Source: an uncultured bacterium
GTDB lineage: Bacteria; Actinomycetota; Acidimicrobiia; Spongiisociales; UBA5794
NCBI GenBank assembly: GCA_963801165.1
Contig: CAWDDT010000011.1
Span: 384,001-448,000 of the forward strand
Reading direction: 5' to 3'
DNA length: 64,000 bases
Shown here: piece after piece, positions 8,865-19,416 of the stretch
Numbering within the stretch: the first letter of the stretch is position 1
Layout of the letters: each line of letters begins with the position of its first letter
Program-made: the position numbers and the translations under genes
Notes under the pieces: generated by a model
Told to the model about the DNA's origin: nothing
The model's database searches: none
Seen by the model: the letters and a program-made list of their open reading frames with translations, nothing else

Positions 8865-11555
8865 ATGATCATCGACGGATTCACCCATCAACTGCCAGAC
8901 ACCGACCCTGACGAGACCCGCGAATGGCTCGAATCCTTCGACAGTGTGGTCGACGCTGAAGGACCCGCCAGGGCCCGTTTCCTGATGGCGAAGTTGATCG
9001 AGCGGGCCCGCTTGCAGAACGTCGGTGTCCCGGCTTCGGTCAGTACCCCATACATCAACACCATTCCCAAAGACCAGGAAGCGTGGTTTCCCGGCGACGC
9101 GGAGATCGAGCAACGAATCCGCCGTTTTGTGCGCTGGAACGCGGCGGTCATGGTGGTCAAGGCAAACCACGAAGCCGAAGGCATCGGGGGGCATCTGTCC
9201 ACCTTCGCCTCGACCGCAGTCCTGTATGAGGTCGGTTTCAACCACTTCTTCCACGGCAAGAACGACGGCAACCCCGGCGACCATATCTACTTCCAGGGCC
9301 ATGCCGCTCCGGGGATCTATGCCAGGGCGTTCCTGGAGGGCCGGCTCAACGAGAGCGACCTCGACAACTTCCGGCGCGAGATCGGTGGCGGTCTCTCCTC
9401 GTACCCACACCCGCGTCTCATGCCCGATTTCTGGGAGTTCCCTACGGTGTCGATGGGTCTCGGCCCAATCAACTCGATCTATCAAGCGCGATTCAACAAG
9501 TACCTGGCTCAACGCAAGATCGACAAGACCGAGGAGACCCGGGTCTGGTGCTTCGTCGGCGACGGAGAGACCGACGAACCCGAGACACTCGGTTCGATCT
9601 CGCTGGCAGGCCGCGAGAAGCTGGACAACCTGACCTGGGTCGTCAACTGCAACCTGCAACGTCTCGACGGACCGGTGCGGGGCAACGGCAAGGTGATCCA
9701 GGAGCTCGAAGCCATGTTCCGGGGTGCAGGCTGGAACGTCATCAAGGTGATCTGGGGAGGCAGCTGGGATCCACTGCTCGCCCGGGACATCGATCGCGTC
9801 CTCGTGGACAAGATGAACCGAACCGTTGATGGTGAGTACCAGCGATACAAGGCAGAAGACGGTGCCTATGTGCGGGAGCATTTCTTCGGGCCAGACCCAC
9901 GTCTCCGCAAGCTGGTCGAAGACATGTCCGACGCTGAGATCTGGAAGCTACGCCGCGGCGGGCTCGACTACCACAAGGTTTACGCGGCATACAAAGCCGC
10001 CACAGAGCTCACGGGAGCCCCCACGGTCATACTGGCCAAGACGATCAAGGGTTGGACACTCGGCCCCGACGTCGAGGGACGCAATGCGACGCACTCGATC
10101 AAGAAGCTGACCAATCAGCAACTGCTCGACCTGCGCAACCGTCTCCACCTCCAGAGCGAAATCCCCGACGAGGCGCTGACGGGCGACGCCGAGCCACCCT
10201 ATTTCCGGCCCTCGGAGGACTCGCCCGAGCACAAGTACCTGATGAAGCGGCGCGCCGCCCTCAACGGGGCTGTACCCCGACGCGGAGTCGAGCTGCGTAT
10301 ACCTCTCGAGATGCCGGACGACAAGGTATACGAGGAGTTCGACGCCGGGTCGGGCAGCAACGAGGTCTCGACTACCGGGGCCTACGTACGGCTGCTCCGC
10401 TCACTGGCACGGGACGAGAAGTTCGGAAAGCGCGTCGTTCCCATCATCCCCGACGAGGGCCGCACCTTCGGGATGGATGCTTTGTTCAAGGAGCTCAGGA
10501 TCTACGCCTCGCAGGGTCAGATGTACGAGCCCGTCGACCATGACATGCTGCTCTCGTACGTCGAAAGCACCGACGGGCAGATCCTCGAAGAAGGCATCAC
10601 CGAAGCGGGGTCAATGGCCAGCTGGGTCGCGGCGGCAACCTCTTATGCCACCCGTGGTGTGCCGATGGCTCCGTTCTTCACGTTCTACTCGATGTTCGGT
10701 TTCCAGCGTGTCGGGGACATGATCTGGGCCGCAGCCGACGCCCGGGCCCGCGGGTTCCTCGTCGGCGGCACGGCGGGGCGCACTACCCTCCTCGGCGAAG
10801 GGCTCCAGCATCAGGACGGGCACAGCCTCCTGCTGGCCTCTGTCGTCCCTGTGTGCCAGGCATACGACCCCGCATTCGCATACGAGGTCGCAGCGATCAT
10901 CAAGGACGGGATCCGCCGCATGTTCCTCGGCGACGAGGACATCTTCTACTACCTCACCGCCTACAACGAGAACTACGTACAGCCCGCCAAACCCGAAGGC
11001 GTGAACGAAGGAATCGTCAACGGTCTCTACCGGTTCGCCGACCGCCCCGAGGGTGGTGAGCACCAGGCGACCATCCTGTTCTCGGGCCCGGCACACGCCG
11101 CCGCCAGAGCCGCGCACCGTGATCTGATCGAGCACTACGGTGTAGCGGCCGACCTGTGGAGCGCAACCAGCTACAAGCTCCTGCGCGAGGAGGCGGTCGA
11201 CGTAGAACGTTGGAACCGCCTGCACCCGGGCGATACGCCGCGGGTCCCCTTCGTGACCGACGTCCTTCGAGAAGGCGCCGGGCCCGTGGTGGCGGTCACC
11301 GACTACGTCAAGACGGTCCCCGATCAGGTGGGCCGATGGATTCCCCGCCCCTATGTGACCCTCGGCACCGACGGTTTCGGGCGCTCCGACACGCGCGCCG
11401 CGCTGCGCCGCTTCTTCGAGGTCGACACCGGTCACGTGGTCGTTGCCGTCCTGTCGGGTCTTGCCGCAGACGGCTCGATCGAACCCGGAGTCGTCAAAGA
11501 GGCCATCGAGAGGTACGAGATCGACACCGAGGTGGGCAATCCGTTCAGCCGATGA
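8865..11555 (+). CDS. aceE: Pyruvate dehydrogenase E1 component, homodimeric type
   Basis: DPDETREW, GGHLSTFAS, FPTVSMGLG, GDGETDEPE, NCNLQRLDGPV, GTDGFGRSD. Confidence 0.97.
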   Translation: MIIDGFTHQLPDTDPDETREWLESFDSVVDAEGPARARFLMAKLIERARLQNVGVPASVSTPYINTIPKDQEAWFPGDAEIEQRIRRFVRWNAAVMVVKANHEAEGIGGHLSTFASTAVLYEVGFNHFFHGKNDGNPGDHIYFQGHAAPGIYARAFLEGRLNESDLDNFRREIGGGLSSYPHPRLMPDFWEFPTVSMGLGPINSIYQARFNKYLAQRKIDKTEETRVWCFVGDGETDEPETLGSISLAGREKLDNLTWVVNCNLQRLDGPVRGNGKVIQELEAMFRGAGWNVIKVIWGGSWDPLLARDIDRVLVDKMNRTVDGEYQRYKAEDGAYVREHFFGPDPRLRKLVEDMSDAEIWKLRRGGLDYHKVYAAYKAATELTGAPTVILAKTIKGWTLGPDVEGRNATHSIKKLTNQQLLDLRNRLHLQSEIPDEALTGDAEPPYFRPSEDSPEHKYLMKRRAALNGAVPRRGVELRIPLEMPDDKVYEEFDAGSGSNEVSTTGAYVRLLRSLARDEKFGKRVVPIIPDEGRTFGMDALFKELRIYASQGQMYEPVDHDMLLSYVESTDGQILEEGITEAGSMASWVAAATSYATRGVPMAPFFTFYSMFGFQRVGDMIWAAADARARGFLVGGTAGRTTLLGEGLQHQDGHSLLLASVVPVCQAYDPAFAYEVAAIIKDGIRRMFLGDEDIFYYLTAYNENYVQPAKPEGVNEGIVNGLYRFADRPEGGEHQATILFSGPAHAAARAAHRDLIEHYGVAADLWSATSYKLLREEAVDVERWNRLHPGDTPRVPFVTDVLREGAGPVVAVTDYVKTVPDQVGRWIPRPYVTLGTDGFGRSDTRAALRRFFEVDTGHVVVAVLSGLAADGSIEPGVVKEAIERYEIDTEVGNPFSR

Positions 11556-12276
11556 GCCCGGTGCCGCACAACCCAGGGCGGACCTCTTTGCATTCGAGCG
11601 GGTTACGCTCGATTTCAACGGCGTCACCGCATTGCAGGAGGTCACGGCGCGGCTCCCCGGCGGCGGGTTGAGCGTCGTCGCCGGAGCGTCCGGTTCCGGC
11701 AAATCGAGTCTGTTGCGGCTGTGCAACCGTCTCGAGATTCCCAGCGGCGGAGTCGTGCGCTTTCGTGCCACGGATCTGAGCACCCTCGATCCATTGCAGC
11801 TGCGCCAACGGGTGGGAATGGTGTTTCAACGTCCCGCAGTGTTTCCCGGGACGGTACGTGACAACCTCCTTGTCGCAAAAGGCGACGCCGGAGACACCGA
11901 ACTGGCAGACGCGCTCGAGCAGGCCGAGCTGGGTACGGCGTTCCTCGGTCGGACCGGGGACGACCTCTCCGGTGGCGAAGCGCAACGGGTTTGTCTGGCC
12001 CGCACGCTCATTTGCCATCCGGAGGTGCTGCTGATGGACGAGCCGACCTCGTCGCTTCACCCGGCGGCCAGCCTGGCGTTGGAGAAGACGGTGGTGTCGT
12101 TGCACCGCGACCACGGCGTCGACGTCGTATGGGTGACCCACGATCTCGGCCAGATCGAGCGCCTCGCCGAGTACCTCCTCGTCCTCAGCTCAGGTCACCC
12201 CGTCTACGAAGGCGACCCGAGCGCGCATGAGGCACGTCGATCCCTCGACTCGCTGACCGGAGATGGAGCTACCTGA
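11443..12276 (+). CDS. ABC transporter ATP-binding protein (FetA/YbbL-like); start uncertain
   Basis: GASGSGKS Walker A, LSGGEAQR signature, LLMDEPT; adjacent to FetB-like permease. Confidence 0.8.
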   Translation: MPSCRVLPQTARSNPESSKRPSRGTRSTPRWAIRSADEPGAAQPRADLFAFERVTLDFNGVTALQEVTARLPGGGLSVVAGASGSGKSSLLRLCNRLEIPSGGVVRFRATDLSTLDPLQLRQRVGMVFQRPAVFPGTVRDNLLVAKGDAGDTELADALEQAELGTAFLGRTGDDLSGGEAQRVCLARTLICHPEVLLMDEPTSSLHPAASLALEKTVVSLHRDHGVDVVWVTHDLGQIERLAEYLLVLSSGHPVYEGDPSAHEARRSLDSLTGDGAT

Positions 12277-13058
12277 TGGGTCAAGGAGACGTCGGCGCGC
12301 TCGGATTGGTGACCTCGCTCATCCTGGTCGGTGTGGCGATCGTGGTCTCGCTCACCCAGCAGCTCCGGCTCGAGAAATCGCTCATCTGGTCAACCGTCCG
12401 GGCCTTCGTCCAGCTGATCGTCATGGGGTTCGTGCTCGCCTGGCTCCTCGAGCCGGGAAGGAGCCTCACGTATTCGTGGCTGTGGGTAGCCGGGATGGTG
12501 GTGTTTGCGGCGTGGACGGTCCGCAGCCGTGCCCCGGAGATACCAGGGCTCTTCTCGATAGCGCTCGTCGCGCTCGCCGTCGCCACGGTGGTCACGCTGG
12601 GCGTCATCTTCGGGCTGCGAGTGTTCCCGATGGAAGCGCGCGCCATCGTCCCTCTCGGGGGCATGATGATCGGAAACTCGCTCGGCGGCACGGTGGTGGC
12701 CGCCAGGAGGGTCGCCGACGAGCTCGCCGACAAGCGCCCTGAAGTCGAAGCCCGGCTCGCCCTCGGCCAGTCGTCGCGAGAGGCGGGACGGCCCTATGTG
12801 CGGAGTGCGATCCGCACTGCACTCACCCCCCGTATCGAATCGACCAAGGCGGTCGGTCTGGTCTTTCTGCCCGGAGCCATGACCGGCCTGATCCTTGCCG
12901 GAGTCGATCCCGTCGACGCCGTCCTCGTCCAGGCTGCGATCATGTATCTGATCCTGGGCACGGTCGCGACCACTTCGGTGGTGATCGGTCTCGGCTCACT
13001 GCGGCTCTTGTTCACCCCGGACCATCGGTTGCGACGCCTGGCTCGCCGCACCGATTGA
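12276..13058 (+). CDS. fetB: FetB/YbbM (UPF0014) ABC permease
   Basis: RAFVQL, IVPLGGMMIGNS, EARLALG, GLVFLPGAMTGLILAG. Confidence 0.85.
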   Translation: MGQGDVGALGLVTSLILVGVAIVVSLTQQLRLEKSLIWSTVRAFVQLIVMGFVLAWLLEPGRSLTYSWLWVAGMVVFAAWTVRSRAPEIPGLFSIALVALAVATVVTLGVIFGLRVFPMEARAIVPLGGMMIGNSLGGTVVAARRVADELADKRPEVEARLALGQSSREAGRPYVRSAIRTALTPRIESTKAVGLVFLPGAMTGLILAGVDPVDAVLVQAAIMYLILGTVATTSVVIGLGSLRLLFTPDHRLRRLARRTD

Positions 13059-13085
13059 CCCGCCGACCTTTCCCGAGGAGGAACC

Positions 13086-13937
13086 GTGCAATTCGGAGTA
13101 ACTATCTTCCCTACCGACAAGACCCTCGACCCGGCAAGTGTGGCACGCGCCACCGAGGAGCGAGGCTTCGAATCCCTCTGGTTTCCCGAGCACAGCGTGA
13201 TCCCGAGCAGCCGGGCCACCCCGTGGGGTGGCGTCGACGATGCGCCACCGCTCCCTGAGTGGTACTGGCGGACCTACGACCAGTTCGTCGCCCTCATGGC
13301 GGCGGCTGCGGCGACCACCACCTTGAAGATCGCCAGCGGGATCACTCTCGTTGCCCAGCACGATCCGATCTGGCTGGCGAAGCAGGTTGCCAGCGTGGAC
13401 GTCCTCTCGCAGGGTCGGCTCATCTTCGGTATCGGCTACGGCTGGAACAAGGAGGAGATGGCCCAACATGGGGTCCGCTACCAGGAGCGTCGAGCCCTGC
13501 TGCGGGAGAAGATCCTCATGATGAAGGAACTGTGGACCAGCGACGACGCCTCATACGCCGGAGAGCTGCTGCATCTCGACCCGAGCTGGGCGTGGCCCAA
13601 GCCGCTGCAGAAGCCGCACCCACCAATCATCCTCGGCGGGGCGGCCGGTCCCAAGACCCGGGCTCACATCGTCGAGTTCTGCGACGGCTGGATGCCACTC
13701 TACGGGCGCCACTCCGTCGTCGACATGATCGCCGCGCTCAACCAGACTGCGCTCGATGCCGGGCGTGACCCGGCCACGATCGAGATCGGTGTATTCAACG
13801 CTCCCCGCGACAAAGAGGAGCTCGCTGCGCTGGCCGCGGCCGGCGTGGGTCGGGCTGTGTTCAACCTGCCGCCGGTCGAACCGGATGTCGTCATCGCCAA
13901 GCTCGACAAGTATGCCGAGCTGATCGCCGACCTCTGA
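13086..13937 (+). CDS. LLM-class F420-dependent oxidoreductase
   Basis: GFESLWFPEH, LAKQVASVDVLSQGR, GIGYGWNKEE, PKPLQKPHPPI. Confidence 0.9.
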   Translation: MQFGVTIFPTDKTLDPASVARATEERGFESLWFPEHSVIPSSRATPWGGVDDAPPLPEWYWRTYDQFVALMAAAAATTTLKIASGITLVAQHDPIWLAKQVASVDVLSQGRLIFGIGYGWNKEEMAQHGVRYQERRALLREKILMMKELWTSDDASYAGELLHLDPSWAWPKPLQKPHPPIILGGAAGPKTRAHIVEFCDGWMPLYGRHSVVDMIAALNQTALDAGRDPATIEIGVFNAPRDKEELAALAAAGVGRAVFNLPPVEPDVVIAKLDKYAELIADL

Positions 13938-13964
13938 CGGATTGGCCCGCCCCGGTTGTCGCAG

Positions 13965-14390
13965 CTAGCCGGCAACGTTTGCGTGAGCGACGATGCGGGT
14001 GGGTCGAATGCGGACCAGGTACTCCCCGGGGACCCCATTTCGTCTCCCGTACTCCTCAGCCCGATCGGCCCCCATGTACCGCGCTCCAATGACGGTTGCC
14101 CAGCGGAGCAGGCCGTCCAGATCCTCCGACACCGATGCCATGCCTTCGACGAGGACGAAGGCGTACGGCGGCGTGTCGTCGTCGACCACCATCGCCACCC
14201 GGGGATCGCGACGGATGGCCCTGCCTTTGCCTGACGTCTCATGGGTTGTGAACAGGATGTCATCGCCGTCCGCCACAAACCAGATCGGAGTCACCAGCGG
14301 GTGACCATCCTTCTTGACGACTGCGAGCTTGCCGGTCCTGGTTCCCTCCATGAGAAACCGCCATACCGCTTCGTTCGTCATGTTCTCCAT
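13965..14390 (-). CDS. PPOX-class F420-dependent oxidoreductase
   Basis: TGKLAVVKKDGHPLVTPIWF, KGRAIRRDPRV. Confidence 0.88.
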   Translation of the reverse strand: MENMTNEAVWRFLMEGTRTGKLAVVKKDGHPLVTPIWFVADGDDILFTTHETSGKGRAIRRDPRVAMVVDDDTPPYAFVLVEGMASVSEDLDGLLRWATVIGARYMGADRAEEYGRRNGVPGEYLVRIRPTRIVAHANVAG

Positions 14391-14431
14391 GGCACGAACC
14401 TACACGAGCGCGGTACAACGAGTGACCGGGA

Positions 14432-15895
14432 TCAGCAAGCGGCAGCAGACTCCAGGGCCACAGGGAGCAGCAGGGTGAACACGGTCCATCCGTCCTGCTC
14501 TGACAGAACGAGGTCGCCGTTCATCAATCGGGCGAGCCGCTTGGCAACCGAGATACCGAGCCCCAATGAGGCAGCCTCCGCCGGGTTGCTGTCGTCCCTG
14601 GCATACGGCTCGAACACGTGGTCGTGCAGATGCCGGGGAATCCCCGAACCGTTGTCCCGGACCTCGAGACGGACCATGCCGTCGCCGGTCCGGTGCACAT
14701 GCAGCCTGGCTGAGTCGCCACCACGCCGATCCGCGTTGGTGAGCAAATGGCGCAAGATCTGGCGCACCCGCCCGGGGTCGGCCCATGCGTCTATGTCGTC
14801 ATGGGCCACGAAGTCGGCACGCCGGGGATGCGAGCAGAGCACATCACCGACCAGCTTGCGAACTGAGACGATCTCAGGGACGATGACGACGGTCCCCGAC
14901 TCGGCCCGGGCGGCCAGCAGCAGATCGTCGACAATCGATGCCACCTCGCGGCTCTGCTCGGCCATCAGGGAAATCAGCTCAGCCCGCTCTTCGCTCGAGA
15001 ACTCATCGGCGTGTGCATCGAGCTCGGCGGCGAACCCGAGGACGGCCGTGAGCGGGGTCCTGACCTCGTGGCTCACAGAGGCGATGAACTCATCCTTTGC
15101 CGCCAGGAGCTCCTCCAACTTCGCCTTCGCATCGCGCCGCTCCCAATAGGCGCCGATCATCTCAGCGGTGGTTGTGAGCAGACGCACCTCATCCTCGCTC
15201 CAGATCCGGTCCCGGTCGTGTGACATGAACCCAACGCTGCCTACCCAGGTCTCCTCGATCGTGATGGGGAGCAGAACCTCGGTGCGGATCTGCATCGCCC
15301 GGTAGTAGTTGACGGTGGTTCGGTCGAGACCGCTGATGTGGGTTTGGTGCCCGAGCCCGGCACCCAGAGCTTCCTTCGCCTCCACCCCCACTCGCCAGCC
15401 TGTCAGCTCCCACCTGCCCGGATCGCTGCTATCCCCCGCATAGAGGATGTCCCGCACCGTCGCGGTGTTGCCGAGATGGTCTGGCGGCTCTGTCGAATTG
15501 GTCTCGAGGAAGACGGCGCTCACATCGACGGCGGCGAGGAGAGCTGCCAACGCCGTCCCCACCGGATCTGCGACGTCGTGCTTGAGCAGTGCCCGCGACG
15601 CGGTGGCGGCGGCCCTCTCCAGACGCGCGGAGCGATCGGCTTCAGACGAGCGGCCCCCCGCCCGAACCGTGGCGCGGCGAGACAGCATCAGCGCAGAAGC
15701 AACGAGAGCGACCGAGACTGTGAGGATGCCGGCGGTTCCTCCCCAGAGCAGCCACGCCAGACCCCCGCCACAGACCGCACCGCCGACGGTGGTTATAGCG
15801 GTGGGCGCAAGGTAGCCGGTCCTGCCCGGATGCAGGAGCGATGCCTCTTCCATGACGGCGCTCTGATAGCTGACCACGACTCCTCCATGAGTCAC
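14432..15895 (-). CDS. Membrane sensor histidine kinase with GAF-like domain; start uncertain
   Basis: Two N-terminal hydrophobic segments, SVSHEVRTPL H-box, LLTNA, DNGSGIP, GLGISV. Confidence 0.85.
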   Translation of the reverse strand: MTHGGVVVSYQSAVMEEASLLHPGRTGYLAPTAITTVGGAVCGGGLAWLLWGGTAGILTVSVALVASALMLSRRATVRAGGRSSEADRSARLERAAATASRALLKHDVADPVGTALAALLAAVDVSAVFLETNSTEPPDHLGNTATVRDILYAGDSSDPGRWELTGWRVGVEAKEALGAGLGHQTHISGLDRTTVNYYRAMQIRTEVLLPITIEETWVGSVGFMSHDRDRIWSEDEVRLLTTTAEMIGAYWERRDAKAKLEELLAAKDEFIASVSHEVRTPLTAVLGFAAELDAHADEFSSEERAELISLMAEQSREVASIVDDLLLAARAESGTVVIVPEIVSVRKLVGDVLCSHPRRADFVAHDDIDAWADPGRVRQILRHLLTNADRRGGDSARLHVHRTGDGMVRLEVRDNGSGIPRHLHDHVFEPYARDDSNPAEAASLGLGISVAKRLARLMNGDLVLSEQDGWTVFTLLLPVALESAAAC

Positions 15896-15964
15896 CAGTT
15901 CTCCTAGCTGTCGGCAGGAAATCCGGCGATACAAGCACCGACCCAACGCACGCCCGAAGACGGG

Positions 15965-16573
15965 TCACCCGACTATGTTCTGGCGGATCCACGCGTGCAT
16001 GGCGATCCCGGACGCCACCCCGGCGTTGATCGAACGCGTCGACCCGAACTGGGCGATGGAGTAGACGACATTGCAGTGCTGCTGCATCTCGGCGGACAGA
16101 CCCGGCCCCTCCTGGCCGAAGACGAGAACACACCGCCCCGGCAACGCGGCCGTCTCGAGCGGGAGCGCGCCCGGGACGATGTCGATGCCGATCAGCGGCA
16201 GATCCTCTCCATCGGCCCACCGGGCAAACTCACCGACCGTGGCGTGATGTGTTATGTGCTGGTACCGATCCGTCACCATCGCGCCCCGCCGGTTCCAACG
16301 GCGCTTGCCGACGATGTGCACTTCCTTTGCCAGGAAGGCGTTGGCGTTCCGCACAACCGTCCCGATGTTGAAGTCGTGCTGCCAGTTCTCGATGGCGACG
16401 TGGAAGGCGTGACGGCGTGTGTCCAGATCGGCGATGATCGCCGCTCTGCTCCAGTATCGGTACCGATCGAGGACGTTGCGCCGGTCCCCATGTGCCAGCA
16501 ACTCCTCATCGAGCCGGGGGTCATCGGGCCAGGGCTCGGGATGGGGGCCGACCCCCACTTCACGATCCGTCAT
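15965..16573 (-). CDS. TrmH/SpoU family RNA methyltransferase
   Basis: ENWQHDFNIGTVVRNANAF, VFGQEGPGL, STRSINAGVA. Confidence 0.9.
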   Translation of the reverse strand: MTDREVGVGPHPEPWPDDPRLDEELLAHGDRRNVLDRYRYWSRAAIIADLDTRRHAFHVAIENWQHDFNIGTVVRNANAFLAKEVHIVGKRRWNRRGAMVTDRYQHITHHATVGEFARWADGEDLPLIGIDIVPGALPLETAALPGRCVLVFGQEGPGLSAEMQQHCNVVYSIAQFGSTRSINAGVASGIAMHAWIRQNIVG

Positions 16574-16583
16574 GACAGCGAGG

Positions 16584-17381
16584 TTAGGCAAATAACCGGG
16601 TTCGGCCGGCCAGCCTGCCGTGACGGCGTCCCAGCGCATAGGTTGCGGTGGCAAGTCCGGCGGCGCCAACCGCCGCGGTCGTCGTGCGCACAACCCGCCG
16701 GGCGGTCCGGCTGAATTCGACGATGGGCCAACCGCGCGACCGGGCGACCGCCTCGAGCCCTTTGTCGGGATTCACAGCGACCGGATGGCCGACGGCCTCC
16801 AGCATGGGCAGGTCACTTGCCGAGTCGCTGTAGGAGTAGCAGAGGGCGAGGTCGTAGCCGCGTCTGTCTGCCATCCGTCGAATGGCGTCGGCCTTGGCCG
16901 GTCCGTAGCAGAAGGGCTCGGCGAGCAGGCCCGTATAGACGTCGTCGACCGCCTCGGCCACCGTGGCGATCGCTCCGGTCATCCCGAGCTCCTGGGATAG
17001 GTTCTGAACGATCTCGATGGGAGAAGCAGTGACCAGAAAGGTATCGCGTCCTGCCTCCGCGTGGAGACCGATGAAGCCCTGCGACTCTTTGCGGACATCG
17101 TCGAGCAAGCGGGGAATGACGTCGGCGGCGAGCGCCTCCAACTCCTGGACGGTTCGGCCCTTGATCGCTTGCAGTATCCGGTCCCTGACCGCATTGCTCC
17201 TCTCGTCGGATGCACCCGCGAACCTGAAGGCGATCGCCTTCCTGGCGTCGCCTAGTAGCTCGCTCGTCGGCATCATGCCCGCCCGCCACGCGGCTGCGCC
17301 AAACACAAAAGCGGACGATCCGGCTATGAGAGTCCTATCTAGATCGAAGAAAGCTGCCGCCGTCGGCCCGGTCTCACCCAT
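16584..17381 (-). CDS. HAD-IB family hydrolase
   Basis: AAFFDLDRTL, LVTAS, YSDSASDLPML, PVAVNPD. Confidence 0.9.
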   Translation of the reverse strand: MGETGPTAAAFFDLDRTLIAGSSAFVFGAAAWRAGMMPTSELLGDARKAIAFRFAGASDERSNAVRDRILQAIKGRTVQELEALAADVIPRLLDDVRKESQGFIGLHAEAGRDTFLVTASPIEIVQNLSQELGMTGAIATVAEAVDDVYTGLLAEPFCYGPAKADAIRRMADRRGYDLALCYSYSDSASDLPMLEAVGHPVAVNPDKGLEAVARSRGWPIVEFSRTARRVVRTTTAAVGAAGLATATYALGRRHGRLAGRTRLFA

Positions 17382-17499
17382 TTCTGCATCCTCAGTCGCT
17401 CGAGCCCACGTTACCGGAGACGCGGCTTTTCGCCCGTGAGTATGAGCGAGAATCCGTCCCGGGAACGATGGCCCGGTCGGTAGCAGAGGGTACGATCCA

Positions 17500-18675
17500 T
17501 TGATGAACCGTGACGACCGCAGCCGTGCCGCTGCCATGGACACCGTGCTTGCGGTCAGCCTGCTACTGGTCAGCCTCTTCTCGGTACTCGCCCTCAAGCA
17601 GGAGCCAGATCCGGCCATCACGCCGCTAGGCCCATTTGCCTACGTGCTCATCGCGGGTCAGACTCTCCCATTGATCTGGCGGCGGCGGTTCCCCACATAC
17701 GTGCTGGCCGTGATCGTGCTCTGCTTCATGATTGCCCGGGGCATCGACTACCCGACCTCGTGGGCGCTCTTTGGCATGTCTTTGGGCGTCTACACCGTGG
17801 GCTCCCAGCTCCCACCCAAACAATCACTGCTCGTCGGTAGCGTCGCCATCGACGTCGTTCTGCTTTGGACCGTGGTCGGCGTTCTCATTTACGATGTCCA
17901 GGTGCTGTCGCTTGTAGCCGAGGTGGCGGTTCTAGGACTTCCGCTGCTGATCGGACGGGAAACCTACCGGCGGCAACAGCGTCTGATTGATCTCGAGAAA
18001 CGGGCAATTGCCGCCGAGCACGAGCGAGAACAGCGGGCCGTTGAGGCGGTCACCCGGGAACGAGTGAGGATCGCACGGGAGTTGCATGACGTGGTGGCGC
18101 ATGAGATCACCGTCATGACCATCCAGTCCGCCGCAGCACGCCGGGTCCTCGCCCGGGACGCAGAGCAGGCCGACACGGCCATCAAGGCAGCAGAAGAGGC
18201 CGGCCACAGGGCACTCACCGAAGTCCGCCGGCTCCTCGGGATGCTGCGGACCACCGACCCAAGAGTCGCCGATCCCCAGACCGGTTTGGACGCGCTCGAT
18301 CGCCTTGTAGATCAGATGAACAGTGCCGGGCTAACCGCGACATTGACGGTGAACGGCGAGGTTCGCAACCTGCCTCTGGGGATCGACATCAACGCCTACC
18401 GCATCATCCAGGAGTCGCTCACCAACACACTCAAACATGGCGGTCCGAACGTGAATGTCCACGTGGCCATCACCTACGATCACGATCTCCTCAGGATCGA
18501 AGTGAGCGACGACGGCCGTGGTGCGGCTGCTGAGAGAGCCGGAAACGGTGCCCCCGGTCAGGGTCTCGTCGGGATGCACGAGCGAGCAAGCCTTCTCGGC
18601 GGCGCTCTCCACGCCGGCCCGAGACCCGGCGGCGGATACCGGGTTACCGCCCGGATCCCGATACCCTCGCCATGA
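17500..18675 (+). CDS. HisKA_3-type sensor histidine kinase
   Basis: Multiple TM segments, ERVRIARELHDVVAH, YRIIQESLTN, GLVGMHER. Confidence 0.92.
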   Translation: MMNRDDRSRAAAMDTVLAVSLLLVSLFSVLALKQEPDPAITPLGPFAYVLIAGQTLPLIWRRRFPTYVLAVIVLCFMIARGIDYPTSWALFGMSLGVYTVGSQLPPKQSLLVGSVAIDVVLLWTVVGVLIYDVQVLSLVAEVAVLGLPLLIGRETYRRQQRLIDLEKRAIAAEHEREQRAVEAVTRERVRIARELHDVVAHEITVMTIQSAAARRVLARDAEQADTAIKAAEEAGHRALTEVRRLLGMLRTTDPRVADPQTGLDALDRLVDQMNSAGLTATLTVNGEVRNLPLGIDINAYRIIQESLTNTLKHGGPNVNVHVAITYDHDLLRIEVSDDGRGAAAERAGNGAPGQGLVGMHERASLLGGALHAGPRPGGGYRVTARIPIPSP

Positions 18676-19352
18676 CGTCGGCCAAGCTACGCGTCCTCGT
18701 CGTCGACGATCAGGCCCTGGTCCGCGCCGGGTTCACCATGATCCTCGACTCCGAAGCCGACATCGAGGTCGTCGGTGAGGCGGCAAACGGCCGCGACGCT
18801 CTTGCCGCTGCTCGGAAGCTGTCTCCCGATGTGATTCTGATGGACATACGGATGCCTGAGATGGACGGCATCACCGCTACCCGTGAGCTCATGGAGGCGA
18901 ACGCGCCGGATGGCGCAGGTCCCAAGGTGATCATCCTGACGACGTTCGACCTGGACGACTACATCTACGACGCAATTCGGGCCGGAGCGAGCGGGTTCCT
19001 GCTGAAGGACACACCACCAGACGAGCTAGCGGACGCGATCCGAGTGGTTGCCAGCGGCGACGCATTGCTGTCGCCGTCGATCACCCGCAAGCTGCTCGGG
19101 CAGTTCGTCAAAACGCCAACGACGCCAGCTCGCACGTTCGCCGTCGACCAGCTGACGGAGCGCGAGGAGGAGGTGCTTTGTCAGCTCGCCCGCGGTCGAT
19201 CCAACGCTGAGATCGCTGAGGCGCTATTCGTGTCTGAGACGACGGTGAAGACCCACGTCTCGCACATCCTCACCAAGCTCGAACTCCGCGATCGTGTGCA
19301 AGCAGTCGTCATCGCCTACGAGTCCGGCCTCGTCGTCCCCGGCGACCCCTAA
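18672..19352 (+). CDS. NarL/LuxR-family response regulator
   Basis: VVDDQALVR, LMDIRMP, LTEREEEVL..SNAEIA..TVKTHV HTH. Confidence 0.95.
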   Translation: MTSAKLRVLVVDDQALVRAGFTMILDSEADIEVVGEAANGRDALAAARKLSPDVILMDIRMPEMDGITATRELMEANAPDGAGPKVIILTTFDLDDYIYDAIRAGASGFLLKDTPPDELADAIRVVASGDALLSPSITRKLLGQFVKTPTTPARTFAVDQLTEREEEVLCQLARGRSNAEIAEALFVSETTVKTHVSHILTKLELRDRVQAVVIAYESGLVVPGDP

Positions 19353-19371
19353 CCACCGCCCCCTCCCGCTT

Positions 19372-19416
19372 CTTGCGTAGCGTGTGCCGGTACCCCGGCA
19401 TGTCCTACGCCGAAAG
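19372..19416. repeat. REP-like palindrome, left copy
   Basis: GCGTAG-cgtg-TGCCGG-tacc-CCGGCA-tgtc-CTACGC at 19375-19410; inverted relative to the copy at 20413-20457. Confidence 0.85.
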
